Below the pieces are notes generated by a model, which had not been told where the DNA came from, did not search any database, and saw nothing but the letters and a program-made list of their open reading frames with translations. A DNA stretch of 64,000 nucleotides from Octopus sinensis (taxonomy: Eukaryota). The position numbers and the translations under genes were made by a program. The stretch covers positions 4,278,001 to 4,342,000 of the forward strand of contig NC_043006.1 of assembly GCF_006345805.1 (NCBI RefSeq), given 5' to 3'. Positions 55,180 through 64,000 of this stretch are shown here, piece after piece; the stretch's first letter is position 1, and the number at the start of each line of letters is the position of its first letter.

Positions 55180-56490
55180 ACGTCCCAAGCATGCTAGAAC
55201 AAAATGAAATATGTTGCGATATAAAATTGCTACAGAAATACTAAGATATGGTAAAGAGAGAGAGGTCAAACGTAAAGTTGACACCACCAGAGGAAGACAA
55301 GGCGGGGAGAGAAAATAAAGTAATAGAGTAAAGGACGTTTTCAAAAGAAAAATAAGAGACTTGAGATCGCAACGAAGGAGGAGATGGAAGAATGCCTAAA
55401 GGACCTGAAAGAAAACATAAAGTTTTTTATTATTTTACAAGAGATATGGTTCAGTAGCGGTCACATTTGTCTCCGAAGAAGTGGCAAAAAGATACGCCAC
55501 AAGGATAGTAGCGGGGGGAGGGGCACTTCTGCACAATTACCAGGGTAAACGATCTACTAGGATTAGGGTGGGCAGGATCCCGTCGATAATCGAGCTAGAG
55601 TGGATATTAGCAGCACTTTTCACCACATAAGAGGAAGAAGACAACGAAGTAGTTTAATTATTGTAACCCGGACCCAACAAGTGAATTGGTGGGGACACGA
55701 GTCAGAGATAATTTTTGCGGCGGATCAGAAACTATACGAGACAATACCAGAGTCATTGGTGATGTTAAATGAAGACAAATTGGATGTAATGTTGGAGGGG
55801 AGGCCTCCAACGATGGAAAAAGCAGAGGTAAACATGCAAGAAAGCGGGATGGAGGTGGAGAGTCAGGTCTAGGTAGTGGAACAGAACATGGAGTTTGTGG
55901 AGGTCAAGTTGAGGAAGAGAGAAAGGAAGAGTAGTTCACCGCCTGAAATGGAACGGAAGAAATATAAAGTAGAGGAAAAAGTGAGCCAACCAAAAACAAG
56001 TAGAAGCAGTACGCCTGTGGGATGACCGCGGGAAAATGATACAAGCAGAACAACATCACCAAGCAAATATACAGACTTACAATCACACAAACACACAGAC
56101 ACAAAGAAACATAGACGGACGCATGATAACACTGAGTAACAAAGACATTAAGAACAGACATACAGACAGAAGAGGTCCACAGGAACACATTATTTTGAAT
56201 AACATATCGTACGACCCCAAAATTTGGAAAGGAGAATAACAGAAATGAAAGGGATTGTTAGAGTGATCCTTTCGGAAGGTTATGAAAAAGATTGTTTCCT
56301 GTTGGAGAAAGAAAAATATAGAACGCTGAAAGATGTATTCCCATCAGATGTAAACGCACTGGGACCCGAGGTGAGTATCGAACCCAGCGCTACAGTGGTG
56401 AACTATGAGGACATTAAAAGTAACATAAAGTAGTAAGTGGAGATTGATTTTAAAGATTTTATTGACGTAATTGAAATAACGTAACCATCC
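55180..56490 (+). mobile_element. Unclassified decayed retroelement-like insert in LRR intron 1
   Basis: Purine-rich coding-like sequence with broken ORFs (55600-55872, 56036-56433); LEGRPP resembles the motif preceding LINE ORF1 zinc knuckles. Confidence 0.3.
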
Positions 56491-56549
56491 TGGAGCGGGG
56501 TCGGGGTAGCCGTTCCAACTTCATTTGTAAAATTTCATTTTTTCTGTTC

Positions 56550-58927
56550 TTTCATATGTTAATTGTCCCCAAATGTGCGTATTGTCCCTCTATGTTAGAC
56601 CCTTGTGGGTATTTAAAAATCGGATAAGAGTTGGGCAATGCGAAGATTTCGTGATGTGAGTTAAGCGATGTGAACAGCTGGTGTGAGTTCTGCAGACGAC
56701 GAAGAACTGCATACAGTGTGGATTTTGCAGCGAAGAAAATCGGTGTAAAGATGCCATGTGACCAGTCGAATTGAACCTGGCAACGAAGAACCACATTACG
56801 CAAATAATCCGGCCGGGTATGCCTACTTCTTCCTCTTTAAACAAATTGGCTTGCTGGGCTGCTCCCCGGGTGCCGCATTTCGCAACATCATTTCCTAAAT
56901 TTAAGATGTTTATTGTTACAGTTATATTGATATTAGCTGATTTAGTAACAGAATGACAGTTAAATATTGCATGTCTATATTACGTTTACAATCAAATGTG
57001 ATACTGTTAGACTAAATAAACTGCAGATGATTACGAGATCCGCTTAAATTGCCTGACTCTGAAGTTACGTAAATGAAACATGAAACTTATTTTTATTAAA
57101 GACGGCATCGGTAAAATTTAGGTTGATATCACAATGCCTTTTTTGAAATAAAAACACATTAGTTATAATTCTACAAAATACTTTAAGCTGAACTGAAGAT
57201 TTAGCTGATCTCTCTGTTACAGTTCGACTGAAATGTACCCTAGTTTGTACAGAGTGGGTTCGACTCTTCCTGAGTATTATTTCAGATTAAAGGATTTGTA
57301 TAATATTGCATTAATCGTTCTGACTTCAAATTCCGCCGAGTCGACTTTGCCTTTCATCCTTGAAAAATTGGCCGAGCCTACAGGCCGTCGAGTTGAATGA
57401 CACCTTGTGGTATCTAATCTAGCATTCGGTATTCTGACTTAAAATCTAGCCGAGGACGTCCTTAACTTACGGAGTTTTGCGTACTTAAAGAGGCCAGGGG
57501 ACTAGACAAAGTGTAGGGATGTCGGACTGGGTCTCGTATGGAAATTTTCTAGCTCTTTGTATTTTACGTTCAAATCCCACTTGTTTTTACTTTCTGCGTT
57601 TTGAAGAACGAGTAGAGCTCATTAATTTCGCTGGTTGTGTGATATGGGTGACAGTGATGATGGGAATGCTCCGTTTAAATTGTTACAGATAAATTCCCAC
57701 CGTAAAGAAGACAAGAACATGGAGGACATTTCAGAAGCCGATGCTCTGAGGATGAAGAACTAAACATAACGGTTAATATTACTGAAGGAATGTTAATAAA
57801 CAGAGTGGTCTTACTTTGGTTACTTGAGCGTCAAAAAGTGGGAGTTGTTGAGGGGTGAAATATTTTCTGATTCTAAAAAGAAAAAAAACATGTCTTTTAA
57901 ATTCCGTCCTAGATATACACGGGATCTACTTTCTCCTATAGTGATGTTCTTCTTCAAAAGTGACTTCCTTCATGATCAAAAGAAAAAAGAAGAGAATTCT
58001 TTATGGCTGCCAGAATCCTTAGATTTTTAGATGTTTTTGTGTGAAAAGATGTTGGACTTTATTCAAGAGACAACTTTGAATTTCTTGTCAGGCATTTTAT
58101 GATATTCTATCATTTTCTGCAATCTGTTCCTATCTCTGTGACTTTAGCTTCAGCCAATAGATTAAATCTGAGCTGAGATGTTTGACTGTTAAAACTGCCA
58201 TAACAGTGGATATGATTTGAGCGTGGATCCAGTGACTTGTTGATGAGAGGGGAAAATTGCTATGGGCTGCATTTGAGCTGTTGTTATCAGTTTCTACTTG
58301 TAGTACCTCAGTGTGTGGGAAAGATATGACACAGTGATTAGCATGTCGCTGCATGATAATAATGTGATTGGTTCAGTTCTTGAACTAAGCTAGGTGTTTG
58401 GGACGTTGATCAAGGTTGATCCAGTCTACTCAGCTGTAAATGTGTACCAGTCAAGTGTTGGATGCGACAGCTGGGTTAGGGTTAGGGTTGGAGATATAAA
58501 AGAGTATTTATGTCTGCTCGGAAATACATAGACACCTGAAGCAATTAGTAAAAGCATTAGATATGTTGCCAAGACATACTCGCTCGACTCGCGAAATAAA
58601 GATGGCTATGAATGTGTGTGCGAATGTGTAAATCTTGAGTGAGAATCTACTATTCGGTAGGTTACCAGGTGGTGGACAATGGAACAGCCTGTAAATATAT
58701 GGATTACGTCAAATAAGGAAATACTTTGTTGGCGCAAACACAGCTGCCCTTTGGCTCAGCGTATCACCCATCTTCCACTCAATCTACGGTTACAGGCGAA
58801 ACCATGGGAAACAATATGACAGCGGTGTAGTCTCAGTGAGAAAGTCATTCATTGGCCAATGGTGACAATGATACGAAGCTAGACAAAGGGACTTCTATGT
58901 AGTTTCCGAAATCTATTACCACCAACG
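56550..58927 (+). repeat. Intronic tandem duplication copy 1
   Basis: High identity to 61268-64000 (offset ~4.72 kb rising to ~5.07 kb); lacks ~300 bp present at 62130-62431. Confidence 0.95.
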
Positions 58928-59539
58928 CTTTTAGACTTAGTTAACATAGATGTTATGAAGCTACCGAATAATGCAAATGACTTTTAAATATAATTATTTC
59001 TTCATCCTGCATCGATTCTTGCGGGGATAAACAAAGGGCACAATCGGTTGTGGTCCAAAATATGGCGCATCATTCAAAAAATTAATCAAGAGCGCCAACT
59101 TGAAGACTCATCATTACAAAAATGCAAGCACACAGAAATAATATCAGCTTTGAATGCCTGAGCTCTAAATTATCATTAATATGAATCGGTAGCATCAGAT
59201 ATATATAAATATTATTGTAATTAGTGACGACATATAACGATATGTCTATAATAATAGATATATAATAGCATGAAAGTGTAATAAAACTAGGTATAACGAA
59301 ATGGACCAATAAAGACAAAACAACTCATGAATTGACTAATGAAAAGTGATAACAACACAATTATCAAATCTTCCCTACAAGGTGATAATTAGCAAGCCTA
59401 ACATCATTTCACAATCAAAATAAATCTAGTAATTAAAGGGTGTGGGTGTAGAACACCTTGTTATGTGGAGTATAGTTGCAAAGGTGAAGATATATAAGGT
59501 ACAGAGTACAATAAGCCATATTCTGTAAGATAAAATCTA

Positions 59540-59953
59540 TGAATTTTCATGACGTTCGGGAGGTCGACGGTTGTCATGAATGAGGTTGGTTTCCAAGCGA
59601 CAAGTCACCATTCCAAAATCGTGAAAACCATTCATAAACTTGTGCTTTGCCCATTGCATCATCCATGTGATGGGATGCATGAAAATTGTTTCATCTGCAG
59701 TTTTCAGCAGCAGTAAACAGAATTTCACAGAAGCACAAAGTTCCTTCGTTCCAGCCATTGCAAAAAACATACGAACTGAGCAGAAACACGTCAAAACAAA
59801 GACGAACTACGCGGCAGTACAACACTACCGGATAACGCCGGTTGGCTGACTGATGCCTGACAGTCGCATCAAGTGGAGTTTAGCGACGGAAACCTGAACT
59901 ACAACGGGTTTGTCTTACAGAGAACATTTACGGTTACTTTTGTGTATCCCCTC
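59540..59953 (-). mobile_element. Mariner 5' relic
   Basis: TA|CGAGGGGATACACAAAAGTAACC TIR-like end; MAGTKELCASVKFCLLL.KTA.ET resembles a mariner transposase N-terminus. Confidence 0.7.
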
Positions 59954-60555
59954 GTATATACATATGCATATACATACATATATATACACCCCCACACACA
60001 CATATGTAACGTAATGGAATAGGGATTTGAAATCCGAGCAGATACATTTTGGCATCCTGAGGAAATCTTGGGCTGATTAACCAATGAATGTAATATGAAA
60101 AAAATGCTTCAACAAATAAATTATGAAGATGTAATATTCTTCGTTCTTCATGTTCAACTATTGAGTTAACACACACACGCATACAGAAACACACATACAT
60201 ACACACATGCTTACATACACACGTGCTTGCACAAACACACGCTTGCTTGCTTGCTTCATGATCATCCCAGGGTAGTGGTCCCCGAAACGTTCTTCGTTCC
60301 CATCATCATTACCGAGACTATTCTCCGCAACACTATTCTTTCTCTCAGCCGTCAACATTGTCAGGTTCATCATCAACTTTATTCATTACCATAGACAACC
60401 GCAGTTAGTTGCACCATCATCATCATTATCAATTTCAACAGAATCGTAATCAACTCTTCATGATTTCCATAGTTTAATTCCTTACTCGAAATATGTTATA
60501 TACTTCCAAAAACCTGTTCCATAAATTTTCATCTTGACTCAATTTTATGTTCCAG

Positions 60556-60627
60556 GTATTTGACCAATAATAACCTGAATGAAATCCAACCAGAAACCTT
60601 CCAATATTTGACCAATTTAAAGTATCT
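60556..60627 (+). CDS. 72-nt phase-2/2 LRR exon
   Basis: tatgttccag|G TAT...CT|gtaagt; (L)YLTNNNLNEIQPETFQYLTNLKY(L) is one canonical 24-aa extracellular LRR, in frame with the 54301 exon. Confidence 0.9.
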
Positions 60628-61267
60628 GTAAGTTAAATCAATCTTCATTTATAGTATATCATTGCCGATATATTTCCATGTTTGTAATTTCGCTCACTCT
60701 CGTCATTTTCCTTTCACACGGTATTATATGTTCATCATCATCGACAAGAGAAACTTCACCACCATCATCATCAGCATCAACACCATGTTCATCATCACTA
60801 TAACATACAAATCCCTATTCACCTGTGTCTATCATTCGGTATGGATATTATGTCTGGTGTTTACGCTAAATAACATGCTTCAATACCGATGACATTTGTA
60901 CATTTAGAACGACGTCATTTATAAAACTCATTTATAAAATTCTTCTTGGACTTATTCTTGTTCCTTTCTTCTTCTTTTCTTCTCCTACTTATTTAATTTC
61001 TTTAACTTCTACTTCCACTTCATCTTCATTACTTCCTACTCCACTTCCTTGCTCTTCTCCTTCTTACTCATCCTCTTTTTCTTCGTCTTCTTCTTCTCTT
61101 CGTCTCCGTTTTCTTCTTCTATTTCCTCTACTTATTGTTTTAATGTTGTTGATTTGATGTTGTTTTTGTCCTACCATTCTTGTTTTTCTTTCTCTTCTTC
61201 TACATCTTATCGTCCTGCTCTTCCTCGTTTTTCTTCTTCTTCTTGTTCTTCTTCTTCTTCTTCTTCT

Positions 61268-64000
61268 TTCATATGTTAATAGTCCCCAAATGTGCGTATT
61301 GTCCCTCTATGTTAGACCCCTGTTGGTAATTAGAAATCGGATAAGAGTTAGGCGATGGGAAGAGTTAGAGATGAGAGTTGGGTGATGTGAAGATTTCGTG
61401 GTGTGAGTTAAGCGATGTGAACAGTTGGTGTGAGGTCAGACGACGAAGAACTGCATAAAGTGTGAATTTGTCAACGAAAACATCGATGTAACGATGCCAT
61501 GTGAGTAGACGAAATGAACCTGGCAACGAAGAACCACATTACGCAAATAATCCGGCCCGGTATGCCTACTTCCTCCACTTTAATCAAATTGGCTTGCTGG
61601 GCTCCCCCCCCCCCCGGTGCCGCATTTCGCAACATCATTTCCTAAATAGAAGATGTTTATTGTTACAGTTATATTGATATTAGCTGATTTAGTAACAGAA
61701 TGACAGTTAATTATTGCACGTCTATATTACGTTTACAATTAAAAGTGATATTGTTAGACTAATTAAACTGCAGATGATTACGAGATCCGCTTAAATTGCC
61801 TGACTCTGAAATTACGTAAATGAAACATGTAAAATAGTTCGGTATTATGAAACTTATTTTTATTAAGCATGTCATCGGTAAAATTTAGGTTGATATCATA
61901 AACCCGATACCTTTTTAGAAACAAAAACACATTAGTTATAATTCTACAAAATTCTTTAAGCTTAAGATTTAGCTGATCTCTCTGTTACAGTTCGACTGAA
62001 AAGTACCCTAGTTTGTACAGAGTGGGTTCGACTCTTTCTGAGTAGTATTTCAGATTAAAGGATTTGTATTATATTGCATTAATCGTTCTGACTTCAAATT
62101 CCGCCGAAGTCGACTTTGCCTTTCATCCTTTCGGGGTCGATAAATTAAGTAACAGTTGCGTACTAGGGTCGATCTAATCGACTCTCCTACCTCCAAAATT
62201 TCGGGTCTTGCGCCTACAGTAGAAAAAGTTATATGGCATTAAATATTTCAAGTTTCCAGTTTAAATAAAATATTCCAATACTATATTCGATCGATTCAAG
62301 CGAATTCACTTGCTTCTCTACACATTTGGGATTGTCTGAATTAAATAGAAATCCGTATATCTGCAGATGGTGAATATAAGATATATATTATTTAGAAAAT
62401 TCTAATTTTCTTAATTTTAATTCATAATTTAGTGAAAAATTGGCCGAACCTACAGGCCGTCGAGTTGAATGACACCTTGTGGTATTTAATCTAGCATTCG
62501 GTATTCTGACTTAAAATCTAGCCGAGGACGTCCTTAACTTACGGAGTTTTGCGTACTTAAAGAGGCCAGGGGACTAGACAAATTGTAGGGATGTGGGACT
62601 GGGTCTCATATGGAAATTTTCTAGCTCTTTGTATTTTACGTTCAAATCCCACTTGTTTTTACTTTCTGCGTTTTGAAGAACGAGTAGAGCTCATTAATTT
62701 CGCTGGTTGTTTGATATGGGTGACAGTGATGATGGGAATGCTCCGTTTAAATTGTTACAGATAAATTCCCACCGTAAAGAAGACAAGAACATGGAGGACA
62801 TTCCAGAAGCCGATGTTCTGAGGATGAAGAACTAAACATAACGGTTAATATTACTGAAGGAATGTTAATAAACAGAGTGGTCTTACTTTGGTTACTTGAG
62901 CGTCAAAAAGTGGGAGTTGTTGAGGGGTGAAATATTTTCTGATTCTAAAATGAAAAAAAACATGTCTTTTAAATTCCGTCCTAGATATACACGGGATCTA
63001 CTTTCTCCTATAGTGAGGTTCTTCTTCAAAAACGATTTCCTTCATGATCAAAAGAAAACAGAAGAGAATTCTTTATGGCTATCAGTATCCTTAGATTTGT
63101 AGATGTTTTTGTGTGAAAAGATGTTGGACTTTATTCAAGAGACAACATTGAATTTCTTGTCAGGCATTTTATGATATTCTATCATTTTCTGCAATCTGTT
63201 CCCATCTCTGTGACTTTAGCCTCAGCCAATAGATTAAATCTGAGCTGAGATGTTTTGACTGTTAAAACTGCCATAGCACTGGATATGATTTGAGCGTGGA
63301 TCCAGTGACTTGTTGATGAGAGGGGAAAATTGTTTTGGGCTGCATTTGAGCTGTTGGTATCAGTTTCTACTTGTAGTACCTCAGTGTGTGTGAAAGATAT
63401 GACACAGTGATTAGCATGTCGCTGCACGATAATAATGTGATTGGTTCAGTTCTTGAACTAAGCTCGGTGTTTGGGACGTTGATCAAGGTTGATCCAGTCT
63501 ACTCAGCTGTAAATGTGTACCAGTCAAGTGTTGGATGCGACAGCTGGGTTAGGGTTAGGGTTGGAGATATAAAAGTGCTTCTATGTCTGCTCGGAAATAC
63601 ACAGACACCTGAAGCAATTAGTAAAAGCATTAGATATGTTGCCAAGACATACTCGCTCGACTCGCGAATTAAGGATGGCTATGAATGTGTGTGCGAATGT
63701 GTAAATCTTGAGTGAGAATCTACTATTCGGTAGGTTACCAGGCGGTGGACAATGGAACAGCCTGTAAATATAGGGATTACGTCAAATAAGGAAATACTTT
63801 GTTGGCGCAAACACAGCTGCCCTTTGGCTCAGCGTATCACCCATGTTCCACTCAGTCTACGGTTACAGGCGAAACCATGGGAAGCAATATGACAGCGGTG
63901 TAGTCTGAGTGAGAAAGTCATTCATTGGCTAATGGTGACAATGATACGAAGCTAGACAAAGGGACTTCTATGTAGTTTCCGAAATCTATTACCACCAACG
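61268..64000 (+). repeat. Intronic tandem duplication copy 2 (runs off window)
   Basis: Collinear with 56550-58927. Confidence 0.95.

Noticed and set aside
58473-58489. Interstitial telomere (GGGTTAGGGTTAGGGTT; also ~63546)
   Set aside because: Fewer than three units; not distinguishable from chance.

Overview
AT-rich, microsatellite-laden eukaryotic DNA. The SINE, CR1, R4/Dong, Penelope, Helitron and mariner content resembles a cephalopod (Octopus-like) genome; this is an inference from repeat style. Most long ORFs are retroelement remnants or microsatellite artefacts. Two spliced host genes were read by hand and are largely missed by the ORF track. (1) A minus-strand RING-HC + linker + Death-domain gene (exons 15370-15228, 13492-13442, 7760-7689, 5431-5360, 3731-3532). 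All introns are GT-AG and phase-compatible, but there are two in-frame TGA codons. Its three short middle exons sit in tandemly duplicated modules whose introns are recognisably conserved while the exons have diverged. (2) The 5' end of a plus-strand signal-peptide/LRRNT/LRR gene (54301-54482, 60556-60627), whose introns carry a recent tandem duplication that predicts a further LRR exon just outside the window. Also present: Penelope-associated hammerhead ribozyme motifs (one with a compensatory U3-A8 core), a solo-LTR-like element, a SINE/CR1 shared 3' tail, a nest of TAA-targeting R4/Dong LINEs, and a segmental duplication with copy-specific insertions. Repeat boundaries are approximate unless termini are quoted.
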